Below the pieces are notes generated by a model, which did not search any database, was not told the origin of the DNA, and worked only from the letters and a program-made list of their open reading frames with translations. A stretch of DNA of 59,326 bases from a virus (lineage: Duplodnaviria > Caudoviricetes), in IMG/VR virus record IMGVR_UViG_3300025133_000114, positions 1 to 59,326 of that record. One strand, written 5' to 3'. A program made the position numbers and the translations under genes. Within the stretch, counting starts at the first letter, position 1; each line of letters opens with the position of its first letter. Of this stretch, positions 9,343 through 18,406 are shown in pieces.

Positions 9343-12300
9343 ATGTCAGAAGTAAGAAAATTTAAGTTTGTTTCCCCCGGCATCTTTCTAAGAGAGATTG
9401 ACAATTCGCAACTGCCGTCAGTTGCGCCGGAAGTCGGTCCTGTTTTTGTCGGGAGAGCACGCAAAGGTCCAGCCAACAGACCATATAAAGTTGAATCATT
9501 CAGCGAGTTTGTTGATGTGTTTGGAACGCCAGTCGCCGGGGGAAGCGGCGGTGATTATTTCCGCGAAGGAAACATCGCTGGTCCCACTTATGCGGTTTAT
9601 GCTGCACAAGCTTATTTAGACGCACAGGTAGGTCCCGTTACATATGTTCGTATGCTTGGCGAACAGAATTTTGATCAGGATGGTACAACCAACGCACAAG
9701 CTGGCTGGAACACACTGACCGAATTTGATAGCGATCAGAACGTTAACCTGAGAGCCGCTAAAGGCGGCGCTTATGGTCTCTTCGTCATTCAGTCTGGCTC
9801 TGCGACTGGCGTAAGAACTACGGCTACGATGACAGGCTCTTTGGCAGCGATTTGGTATTGTAATTCCGGCTCAAGCCTTGTATTGTCCGGCAATGCGATT
9901 CCAGATAACAACTCCGATACACCATTCGCTGTTTCTGGCGCGGCAATTGTGATCGCTTCGGATTCAAGTATGACATTTACAGCCGAAGTCATAGGAAGTG
10001 GTTCTACGGCTGGGCTTTATACGGCACAGTCGCTTCTCAAAACCGAATTTAACTTTAACCGCGATAGCGACAATTATATTCGTAAGGTCTTCAACACGAA
10101 CCCTACGACGGTCAACAGCACTATTTCAAATCAGTCTTTAATGTCAGAGGGTGAATCTAAGTATTGGCTTGGTGAGACTTATGATTCTTATCTTTTCGAG
10201 AAGCTCGGCACTGACACAGGCACAACCTATGGCTTCATCGCCGCAATCAACTCTGGTTCGACGGGTCACCTGAACGCCGGTTCCAACCATTGGGGTGACA
10301 GGAAAACAAGCCTGATCAACCCAAGAACGGGGTGGTTCTTCTCACAGGACATCCTTACTGTCGGCGGTGCAGGTCGTGCTACTTATGACGCGACCAACAT
10401 GACAAAGCTCTTCCGATTCTACGGAAGAGACGGTGGCGAGTATATCCAAGAAAATTATAAAATCTCCATTCAAGACATCAAGTCTTCCACCACTAACTAT
10501 GATAGCTACGGCTCTTTTACAGTGCTTGTCCGCGCTGCGAACGATTCTGATGCTAAGCCGGTAATCATCGAGAGGTTCTCCGAATGTAACCTTAACCCCC
10601 AATCGCAGAATTATGTTGCAAGAAAGGTTGGTGATCGTTATGTTGAGTGGGATTATCAAGATTCTCGCATGAGAGAGTATGGCGAGTTCTCAAATCGGTC
10701 TGAAATCGTTCGTATCGAGATGAATCCCGATATCAATGGTATCGATGCCCGCCTCCTTCCGTTTGGCGTCTTTGGACCACCTAGACCTCCGGGCTTTATG
10801 GTCCTCTCGGGCTCTTCGAAGGCATCTGCGTTTTCCGCAGCCACAAGAAATGTTGTTCCGCTCCTTGGGAATGCGTGGCAAACTGTTGCGCTGACGGGCA
10901 CGGCGGGGCAGGCTGCTCCTTCTTACTCGTATATTGAGGGTTCTGGCTCCGTTGCATCTCCTTGGGCTGCAACACAGGGTCTTTATATCGCAGCCGGGAC
11001 ACAGGGCATGATGATTCAGACACATGTATCTGGTGCCGCCCCGTTGGAGACAGCCCCTGGTACTTGGGCAAGCGGGATGCAGTTTACTGCCTCGTGCTAC
11101 TTCCCATCTACTCTCACGCGACTTTCGGCTTCCGACCACGGTGTCGCTTCGCCCAAACAAGCTTACTGGGGTCTCCAGACCCACTACTGGACAAGCGGAA
11201 AGACTTCCACCTCGTTTGACCGTGGCTATCGTGATTATCTCCGTGGGCTCCCGTTGGGCGAATCTGCTAGATTCGGCTCCCTGACAGGTCCGCCGACAAA
11301 TAATGAATATTCTTGGATCTTCACCTTGGACGACCTTGTTGTCCCAGGTGGGAATCTCGGAAAGACATATTGGTTATCGGGCTCTCGTAACGGTCACGTT
11401 GCCACCACCACGGTGGGAGATTCGGTGACCTCGGCATCCTATCAGGCTGCTCTTGATTCGGGCTTGAATCGTTTCACCTCGCCTTTATTCGGCGGCTTTG
11501 ACGGCTGGGATATTAAAGAGAAAGACCCTCTTCGTGACGGCTTCTTGACCAACGCCACTACGACACAGACTGCCATCAATAACTACGGGCATAACACTGT
11601 TGAAAAGGCTATTAATACCGTAGCGGATCCTGAGTTTGTTGAAATGAATATGCTTAGTGCTCCCGGTATCGTGAATGAGCAGCTTACAGAAAAGGTTCTG
11701 AATGTCTGCGAAGATCGTGGCGATGCTATCGGGGTTATTGACTTACGCGGGGTGTATCAGCCCTTTACGGAGAACTATAACGACTTTAAGACGCGAGTTA
11801 CTCAAACATCTTTAGATAGCTGTATTACAAGCCTAAGAGATCGAAATATCAACTCTAGTTACGGCTGTACCTATTATCCTTGGGTCCAGATTCGCGATAG
11901 TCTTACGGGTCAGTTCCTTTGGGCTCCGCCTTCGGTTGCAGCGATTGGTACTTTCGCAAGCTCTGAGCGTGCATCGGAAGTTTGGTTCGCACCTGCTGGT
12001 TTCAACAGGGGCGGCTTAAGTAAGAGCGGTGCTGCTGGTCTCCCGGTCATCGCGGTGACAGAGAAGCTTACTTCGGTTGAACGGGATAAGCTTTATGAGG
12101 CAAACATCAACCCGATTGCTACTTTCCCAAGCGAAGGAATCGTCATCTTCGGTCAAAAGACCCTTCAGGTTACACCTTCCGCTCTGGACCGTATCAATGT
12201 CCGCCGTCTGATGATCTTTATTAAGAAAGAGATCTCCCGGATTGCTTCGGGCATCCTGTTTGACCAGAATGTTCCAGCTACTTGGCTACGCTTCACAGGT

Positions 12301-12504
12301 CAGGCTGAGCCTCTCCTCGCGAGTGTCAAGGCTAGAATGGGTCTCACAGAGTTCAGGGTTGTCTTGGATGAAACCACTACTACGCCAGACTTAATTGATC
12401 GTAACATCCTGTATGCCAAGATCTTCCTCAAGCCTGCTAGAGCAATTGAGTTCATCGCAATCGACTTCAACATCGCGAGATCGGGAGCATCGTTTGCTGA
12501 CTAA
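9343..12504 (+). CDS. Tail sheath protein (gp18-like)
   Basis: SPGIFLREID, W.APAGFNRG, LYEANINPI, FGQKTLQ, RINVRRL, KP.RAIEFI. Confidence 0.95.
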   Translation: MSEVRKFKFVSPGIFLREIDNSQLPSVAPEVGPVFVGRARKGPANRPYKVESFSEFVDVFGTPVAGGSGGDYFREGNIAGPTYAVYAAQAYLDAQVGPVTYVRMLGEQNFDQDGTTNAQAGWNTLTEFDSDQNVNLRAAKGGAYGLFVIQSGSATGVRTTATMTGSLAAIWYCNSGSSLVLSGNAIPDNNSDTPFAVSGAAIVIASDSSMTFTAEVIGSGSTAGLYTAQSLLKTEFNFNRDSDNYIRKVFNTNPTTVNSTISNQSLMSEGESKYWLGETYDSYLFEKLGTDTGTTYGFIAAINSGSTGHLNAGSNHWGDRKTSLINPRTGWFFSQDILTVGGAGRATYDATNMTKLFRFYGRDGGEYIQENYKISIQDIKSSTTNYDSYGSFTVLVRAANDSDAKPVIIERFSECNLNPQSQNYVARKVGDRYVEWDYQDSRMREYGEFSNRSEIVRIEMNPDINGIDARLLPFGVFGPPRPPGFMVLSGSSKASAFSAATRNVVPLLGNAWQTVALTGTAGQAAPSYSYIEGSGSVASPWAATQGLYIAAGTQGMMIQTHVSGAAPLETAPGTWASGMQFTASCYFPSTLTRLSASDHGVASPKQAYWGLQTHYWTSGKTSTSFDRGYRDYLRGLPLGESARFGSLTGPPTNNEYSWIFTLDDLVVPGGNLGKTYWLSGSRNGHVATTTVGDSVTSASYQAALDSGLNRFTSPLFGGFDGWDIKEKDPLRDGFLTNATTTQTAINNYGHNTVEKAINTVADPEFVEMNMLSAPGIVNEQLTEKVLNVCEDRGDAIGVIDLRGVYQPFTENYNDFKTRVTQTSLDSCITSLRDRNINSSYGCTYYPWVQIRDSLTGQFLWAPPSVAAIGTFASSERASEVWFAPAGFNRGGLSKSGAAGLPVIAVTEKLTSVERDKLYEANINPIATFPSEGIVIFGQKTLQVTPSALDRINVRRLMIFIKKEISRIASGILFDQNVPATWLRFTGQAEPLLASVKARMGLTEFRVVLDETTTTPDLIDRNILYAKIFLKPARAIEFIAIDFNIARSGASFAD

Positions 12505-12509
12505 AAAAA

Positions 12510-12539
12510 GGGGGTAATTTAATTTACCCCGACTATTTA
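12510..12539 (+). promoter_or_regulatory. Hairpin (GGGGTAA/TTACCCC) immediately followed by late motif ACTATTTA
   Basis: Inverted repeat and motif read directly. Confidence 0.6.
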
Positions 12540-12562
12540 CTATACAAGGGAGAGAACTAATA

Positions 12563-13165
12563 ATGGGATTCTGGACAGACGCAACATTGCAAGATCCAAA
12601 GAGAGCATATAGATTTTTAGTCACACTGGGGACCATGGAGAATGGCGCACAGTGGTATGCCAAGGCGGTTACAAAGCCTAGCTTTAAAATCGGCACTGCC
12701 GAGCATAAGTTTTTAAATCATACTTTCTACTACCCTACTCGTACAGAGTGGGACGAAGTTACTGTCACATTAGTCGATCCCGTTACTCCCGATGCAGCGA
12801 ACTCTACTTTAGCCATTGTTAAAGCGTCTGGCTATGATCCCTCTATTTTAACCGCTGCGGCTTATGGAACCACAACTTCTAAGTCTGCTGCGGTCTCTGC
12901 CCTTGGCGGTCTCAAAATCCAGCAAATTGATTCGTTGAGTCAGCCAATCGAGACATGGACTCTTTGGAACGCTTTCCTGACAGGAGCTAAATTTTCTGAT
13001 CTCGCATACGATAGCGACGATATGACGACGGTTGAGCTTTCAATTAGATATGACTGGGCTTACCTGGAAGTTCCCAACGGTGCCCAGGTTGGTCCGATTA
13101 CAAATGAGATTGTCGGTGAAAACGCGACGATGGACTCGAACACGTACTTCAAGCCGGGTACGTGA
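12563..13165 (+). CDS. Tail tube protein (gp19-like)
   Basis: PKR.YRF, KP.F, W..VTVTLVDP, E.W.L..AF, L.Y, L.IRYDWA; follows sheath. Confidence 0.9.
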   Translation: MGFWTDATLQDPKRAYRFLVTLGTMENGAQWYAKAVTKPSFKIGTAEHKFLNHTFYYPTRTEWDEVTVTLVDPVTPDAANSTLAIVKASGYDPSILTAAAYGTTTSKSAAVSALGGLKIQQIDSLSQPIETWTLWNAFLTGAKFSDLAYDSDDMTTVELSIRYDWAYLEVPNGAQVGPITNEIVGENATMDSNTYFKPGT

Positions 13166-13196
13166 TACAGAGACAATTTTTTAACTAGAGGTGTGA

Positions 13197-14048
13197 ATGG
13201 CTAGAAATAATGGAGATCGCTTAGGCGTTCCGACTACGCAAGTGTCCGGCGCTCCGATCAGTGAAGCTCCACCCAATCCGGCAATGGCATTTGCCACGCC
13301 GACGACCTTCGTGGAGTTACCTTCCAAGGGAACTCTTTATCCGGAGGGTCATCCTCTTTTTGGGCGTGAGCAGATAGAAATCCGTTTTATGACGGCAAAA
13401 GAAGAGGATATCTTAACTTCGGAGGCGCTTCTCAAGAAAGGCATTGCGATTGACAGAATGGTCCAGAGTGTTATTCTTGATCCGAGAGTCAAAGTTGAAG
13501 AGCTTGCCGTTGGTGACAAGAATGCTATTATTGTTGCTGCCCGTATCAGTGGATACGGAAAGGAATATGAAGTTGGCGTAAATTGTCCCAATTGTGGCTC
13601 TAGAACGGACTATTCTTTCGACCTTGAAAAGGCAAAGATCCACGATGGGCAAGATCATAGCGACTTTGATGTCGAGAAGACGGAGGGTGGAACTTTTGTT
13701 ATCACTACCCCGGCTTTGAAGGCTCAAGTAGAGATGCGCCCGATGTACGGCATTGACGAAAAGTACCTGACACAGCTTGCAGCTAATAGGAAAGCCAAAA
13801 AGCTTCCTTCTACGACCACAACCGACCAGTTACGTCGCCTTGTGGTCTCGGTGAACGGCAACACAGACTCGGCATATAGGGAATCATTTATAAGTAATGC
13901 TACCGCTATAGACACGAGATACCTTCGTCAGGCATATCGTCAAATTATGCCAAATATTGACCTAACACAAGAGTTTTTGTGTTCTTCCTGCGGTGTAGGG
14001 TCCGAAATGGCGGTGCCCTTGACAGCCAAATTTTTTTGGGCTCAGTGA
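13197..14048 (+). CDS. Baseplate hub assembly / tail assembly chaperone (T4 gp26-like)
   Basis: VELPS.G..Y, MTAKEEDIL, ARI..YG, CPNC and CSSC, ends FFW. Confidence 0.85.
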   Translation: MARNNGDRLGVPTTQVSGAPISEAPPNPAMAFATPTTFVELPSKGTLYPEGHPLFGREQIEIRFMTAKEEDILTSEALLKKGIAIDRMVQSVILDPRVKVEELAVGDKNAIIVAARISGYGKEYEVGVNCPNCGSRTDYSFDLEKAKIHDGQDHSDFDVEKTEGGTFVITTPALKAQVEMRPMYGIDEKYLTQLAANRKAKKLPSTTTTDQLRRLVVSVNGNTDSAYRESFISNATAIDTRYLRQAYRQIMPNIDLTQEFLCSSCGVGSEMAVPLTAKFFWAQ

Positions 14049-14253
14049 ACAATATATAGAGAGCGTATATGAGCAGTTTTTCCTGCTTAAGTATCATGGT
14101 GGGTGGAGCTTCTACGAGGCTTACAATCTCCCCGTTCAGATTCGCTATTGGTTCTTGAAAAGACTAGAAAAACAACTTAAATCTGAACAAGAACAGATGG
14201 AAAAAGCTAGGGATAAAGGAAAAGGTGGTGGGAGACCTCCACCCCCAAGGTAA
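14032..14253 (+). CDS. Start-less ORF (T4 gp51-like) probably reached by +1 frameshift from the upstream chaperone
   Basis: 73 codons FFGLSEQYIESVYEQFFLLKYHGGWSFYEAYNLPVQIRYWFLKRL...; in-frame TGA at 14020 and no early start codon; T7 slippery run at 14031-14037. Confidence 0.75.
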   Translation, partial: FFGLSEQYIESVYEQFFLLKYHGGWSFYEAYNLPVQIRYWFLKRLEKQLKSEQEQMEKARDKGKGGGRPPPPR

Positions 14254-14282
14254 GGTCGGATGCGAAAGCTTCGACCTTTCTC
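14252..14282 (+). terminator. Probable terminator hairpin
   Basis: AAGGTCGGA...TTCGACCTT followed by TCTCT. Confidence 0.55.
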
Positions 14283-14291
14283 TGTTAAGGG

Positions 14292-14299
14292 ACTATTTA
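14292..14299 (+). promoter_or_regulatory. Putative late promoter ACTATTTA
   Basis: Recurrent motif. Confidence 0.65.
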
Positions 14300-14332
14300 T
14301 ATCATGAGAGTCTAATCGGGAGACAATTGTAA

Positions 14333-14677
14333 ATGTTAAACGAAGATAAACTGGATAATCTTGTTATAGATTTTGCCGAAATAAGAGAGAAAAAGCTTAA
14401 CGAATCATTTTTGGCAGCATTTGGTAATTGGGTCAAGCTTATCCTCAATAGAACTTTTGGTCAAGGGAAAGGCTCTTCTGGTCCCTATGTCTCCGTGAAG
14501 GGAACCCCGACAGAGATTAAGGCGTTCGCTCAAGCACTCGGCAACGAGAAGAGGTATATCGAGGCTATCAGGAAACATGGTCTCGACGACCCTCGTGTTA
14601 CGTCGAACAAAGCGAGGCTCAAAAAGGCTGTTTCGTCTTTTGAGAGGTCGACCGGCATTAAGTGGCCGTTTAAATAG
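14333..14677 (+). CDS. Hypothetical late protein (LNE motifs)
   Basis: GGAG RBS, late motif upstream. Confidence 0.7.
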   Translation: MLNEDKLDNLVIDFAEIREKKLNESFLAAFGNWVKLILNRTFGQGKGSSGPYVSVKGTPTEIKAFAQALGNEKRYIEAIRKHGLDDPRVTSNKARLKKAVSSFERSTGIKWPFK

Positions 14678-14688
14678 GAAACTTATAA

Positions 14689-17055
14689 ATGGCACCAAGA
14701 GAAACCAAAGAAGAAAAACTTAGAAGGGAATCCGAGCAAGCCACAGCCGCAGTCACAAGACTAAGCGATGCCGTTGAGGGCTTGAGAGAACGCACAGCGG
14801 GTTCCGCCGAGGAGCTTTCCCAGTTCATTGACGCGGAACTCGACGCAGCAAAAGCTGCTTTGGCTCTTTCCAAGCAACTCAATGATACTGCTGGAATTAT
14901 AGAGCACACCGAACATATAAGGAAACTCAGTAGAGAGAGTGAAGCGTATGCAGAGGCTGCCAAGAAAGCTGAAGACAGGGCGAAGGCGTTTGCTAGTGCA
15001 GGCGAAGACTTAGGGCAAGAGTTAGCGGGCTTGATTCCAATAATCGGCGGTAACGTTGATTATATGGACACATTCGGCGGCAAGCTTGCCATGGCTTCTG
15101 CTAACGCAGGAGGGTTTGTAGACGGGCTTGGTGATGTAGCAGGCGGTTTCGCGGCTATGTTCAACCCCACCCAGTTGGCTACAAACATGCTCAGCTTTGC
15201 TACCGAAGGGGTGATGGCATGGGTTGGCTCAGCCGTTGAAATGAGCATGGCTACGCAGGCAGCTACAGCAAACTTCAATAGAGCCACCGGTATGATGGGT
15301 CAATACAACGGCGCTATGATGGGTGCGTTTCGTTCGACTACACAAGCTGGTGCTTCTTATGAAGACGCGGCAGAATCATTCGAGACGCTTATTCTCACAA
15401 CTTCTAGATTTACAGATATGGTACCAGCGCAACAGCAAGCTTTAGCTGAGACTTCTTTGGTATTGGATAATCTGGGTATTGATTTGTCGACAAGCGCAGC
15501 AAATCTACATATTATGACCACAAGTCTTAATATGACAGCCGGCGAAGCAGAAACTACTTCGAGAAGGCTCGTTTCAGCCGCACATGCTATGGGTGTTGCC
15601 CCAGCCGAGATGGCGGCTGATTTCGCGTCAGCAGGTGCCCAATTCGCATCCTTTGGGGACCAGGCAGTCGATGCTTTCATCGACCTTAAGGAGGTCGCCA
15701 AGAAAACCGGAATTGAGTTGCAAGGTCTTTTAAGTATTACTGAAAAGTTCACAACGTTCGAGGGTGCAGCAGACCACGTTGGCAAGCTTAACGCTCTTCT
15801 TGGCGGCTCTTTCCTCAACACCGTTGATATGGTCACCCTTAGCCTGGAAGATCCAGCAGCAGCCATGCAGGAAGTTAGAAATGCTGTTCTTGATGCAGGC
15901 TTATCGTTTGAATCCATGAATCCGGCAATGCGCCGAGCAGTTGCTTCCGCTGCCGGTCTTGAAGATGCTGGTCAACTTGCGGCTCTTATGAGCGGCGAGC
16001 TAGATGGTCTCGGGAGTGCGTCAAGCGCAACCGCTGATCAGCTTGAGGACCTCAAAGAAGCTACAAAATTTACTCAAACTCTGTCTGATGAACTGGAGGC
16101 TACGAGGTTGGCATTCACAGCCAATTTTAGTCCTATTATCGAAGGTATTATTATTCCGGTGTTGGACAAACTTCAGGGACTTGCTTCGTTCTTAAATGAC
16201 ACATTTCACCCAAACGCTGCGGCTTTTATTTCTCTGGCAGGGTTTATGCTGATGGGGAAATTGGCTTTCTGGCAGTTATCAAAAGCGATTGCCACCACGA
16301 CGGCTCCCATCACCGCCCTCACCGGTGAGATGGCAGCCCTTAATGGCACCTTGGGCAGCTTGGCTCTCGAAGCCGTTCCAGCATCCGGCGGAATAAAAAC
16401 AGTTGGCACAGCAGCAGCCACAGCAGGCACTGGCTTGATGAGCATGGCATTGGCTGTTCTGGCGATTGGGGCTGGTATTGGAATAGCAGCAGCAGGACTG
16501 GCTTTGTTCGTATACTCCTTCTCATTTTTGACTGGTGATCAACTGTTTTATGCAGCCGTAGGGCTCGTCGCCTTGGCGGCTGGTTTTGCAGTGCTGATAG
16601 GGACAATGATGTTCTTTGCACAGCCTCTTGGCGCTGCTGCCGTCGCCGGTCTGCTTGCTGTTGGTGGTGCCGTGGCACTGATAGGTATAGGTATCGCAGC
16701 GGCTGCTGCTGGGATGGCGCTCCTTGTAGCATCCATCGGTACTCTGGCGGCAACTGCTGAAGATTTTGCGATGATCGGCGAAGCATTCGAGAATTTGAGT
16801 ATTCCAAAAATGATTGTGTACACGACCGCGATGACTGCTACCGCTATGGCTGGGATGACACCCGCTGGCGTCGTTGTCGCTGCGATGGCGGGTGCTGCTG
16901 GAGGAGGCGGTGGTGCTGCAACCACCGCCGCTGCAACCAAAGTTGAAGTTAAGATAAACGGCAGTTTAAGAAAACTGTTCAAGGTGTTGGACAAGCGATA
17001 TGTGCAAGGCAAGAGTGTAGCCCCTGGCAAAATTTCAAATAACCAATATCAATAG
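14689..17055 (+). CDS. Tape measure protein
   Basis: Ala/Gly-rich helical protein with hydrophobic C-terminal segments, after tube and chaperones. Confidence 0.8.
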   Translation: MAPRETKEEKLRRESEQATAAVTRLSDAVEGLRERTAGSAEELSQFIDAELDAAKAALALSKQLNDTAGIIEHTEHIRKLSRESEAYAEAAKKAEDRAKAFASAGEDLGQELAGLIPIIGGNVDYMDTFGGKLAMASANAGGFVDGLGDVAGGFAAMFNPTQLATNMLSFATEGVMAWVGSAVEMSMATQAATANFNRATGMMGQYNGAMMGAFRSTTQAGASYEDAAESFETLILTTSRFTDMVPAQQQALAETSLVLDNLGIDLSTSAANLHIMTTSLNMTAGEAETTSRRLVSAAHAMGVAPAEMAADFASAGAQFASFGDQAVDAFIDLKEVAKKTGIELQGLLSITEKFTTFEGAADHVGKLNALLGGSFLNTVDMVTLSLEDPAAAMQEVRNAVLDAGLSFESMNPAMRRAVASAAGLEDAGQLAALMSGELDGLGSASSATADQLEDLKEATKFTQTLSDELEATRLAFTANFSPIIEGIIIPVLDKLQGLASFLNDTFHPNAAAFISLAGFMLMGKLAFWQLSKAIATTTAPITALTGEMAALNGTLGSLALEAVPASGGIKTVGTAAATAGTGLMSMALAVLAIGAGIGIAAAGLALFVYSFSFLTGDQLFYAAVGLVALAAGFAVLIGTMMFFAQPLGAAAVAGLLAVGGAVALIGIGIAAAAAGMALLVASIGTLAATAEDFAMIGEAFENLSIPKMIVYTTAMTATAMAGMTPAGVVVAAMAGAAGGGGGAATTAAATKVEVKINGSLRKLFKVLDKRYVQGKSVAPGKISNNQYQ

Positions 17056-17073
17056 TTAAAACTATATATCGTT

Positions 17074-17080
17074 CTAATTA
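17074..17080 (+). promoter_or_regulatory. Putative late promoter variant CTAATTA
   Basis: Variant motif upstream of baseplate genes. Confidence 0.5.
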
Positions 17081-17099
17081 TTACAAGGAGGCAATAGTA

Positions 17100-18065
17100 A
17101 TGGGTTTTTTCGAAAATGTATTTGGGGCACCACAAGATCCTAACGCATCTGATGGCGGGGCTATTGAAGCGGCAACAGCCGCAGGAAAAGCCAAACTTTC
17201 AGCAACACCGGGATACTCTGACCCAGCCATTGAATATGCCTCACGGGGCAGTATAACCCAATTGGGGTTTCGGCATGTTCCGACCGGGAAGGAAACCTAT
17301 TTCATGGCTTTTGTGACGGAATATTCCGATCAGTTCACATCAGAGTGGAACGAAGAAAATGTCTATGGCAGAATGGACCCAATTCCAACTTTTCAGAGGA
17401 CTGGGAGAAAAATTAGTGTTAGCTGGGAGATCCCTGCTGATTCATATTCGGCAGGGTACATAAATTTGGTAAAATGCCAAGGTTTGATAAAATTCTTATA
17501 TCCAGTTTATAATTCACACGATAATGCTAATTCTATTTCACAGGCTCCTATTATCAGAATGAAGTTCGCCAATTTAATCGCAAAAAGCCGAGGACCCTCT
17601 CTCCGGGAAAATGGTCTCTTGGGATATCTGGGTGGTATCACTTTTACTCCTGATATGGATGCTGGGTTTTTTGATGGCACATCCGGCGGCGGCGGAGCGG
17701 CGATCCAGGCGACCGACAACGCTTGGATGAAATATGTCGGGGCTCTAAGTGACCCAGCTATCGCGCCCAAAGTTATAAAATTGAGTTGTGATTTCACTGT
17801 TCTGCATGAGCGCAGTCTTGGATGGAGCACAGGCAAGGAGTGGATAGACAACCACAACGAGGCTTTTTTCCCGTATCAAATTCCGAGCGGAGACCCGGAT
17901 GACGAGATCATTACTGGAGGCGGTGCGTTTGGCGACGATTCCAAGTTGGCAAACATTCTTGGTTCTGGTGGAGGGGCACGCGACCTTGCTGTTAACAGAT
18001 TTGTGGGCGGTGATGATGATCCCGACGCAGATGCCGATGCCGATGCCGTGGTGGAGGGTAAATAA
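17100..18065 (+). CDS. Baseplate/tube initiator protein
   Basis: W.E..VYGR.DPI..FQ.T.R.IS.SW and P.I...F motifs typical of contractile-tail tube initiators; follows tape measure. Confidence 0.7.
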   Translation: MGFFENVFGAPQDPNASDGGAIEAATAAGKAKLSATPGYSDPAIEYASRGSITQLGFRHVPTGKETYFMAFVTEYSDQFTSEWNEENVYGRMDPIPTFQRTGRKISVSWEIPADSYSAGYINLVKCQGLIKFLYPVYNSHDNANSISQAPIIRMKFANLIAKSRGPSLRENGLLGYLGGITFTPDMDAGFFDGTSGGGGAAIQATDNAWMKYVGALSDPAIAPKVIKLSCDFTVLHERSLGWSTGKEWIDNHNEAFFPYQIPSGDPDDEIITGGGAFGDDSKLANILGSGGGARDLAVNRFVGGDDDPDADADADAVVEGK

Positions 18066-18403
18066 TGCCAGATAGATACCAAAGAAGAGGACGACGTAGG
18101 AACAATGAAGAACTCTATGAAAACGCTTTCGAAGAAAGAGGCGTCAAAGGAATCCTTCAGTACACAACCCCACGTTTTCGAACAATAACTCCAGAGATGC
18201 GCTCCCAGTTAAACAGAGAAAAATACATCTGGAAAATTAGCGACTCATACCAAAAGCTGGCACAAGCCTATTATGGTAATCCACGTTATTGGTGGGTTTT
18301 GGCGTGGTATAACAGAAAGCCAACAGATGCACTTGTAAAGGTGGGCGATACAATCAGAATTCCAAAACCGCTAGAGCGTGTATTAGAATTCATGGGGGTA
18401 TAA
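18065..18403 (+). CDS. LysM-like baseplate wedge protein (gp53/tail X-like)
   Basis: D....LA..YYG.P.YWWVLA.YN...G..I.IP. Confidence 0.85.
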   Translation: MPDRYQRRGRRRNNEELYENAFEERGVKGILQYTTPRFRTITPEMRSQLNREKYIWKISDSYQKLAQAYYGNPRYWWVLAWYNRKPTDALVKVGDTIRIPKPLERVLEFMGV

Positions 18404-18406
18404 AAG

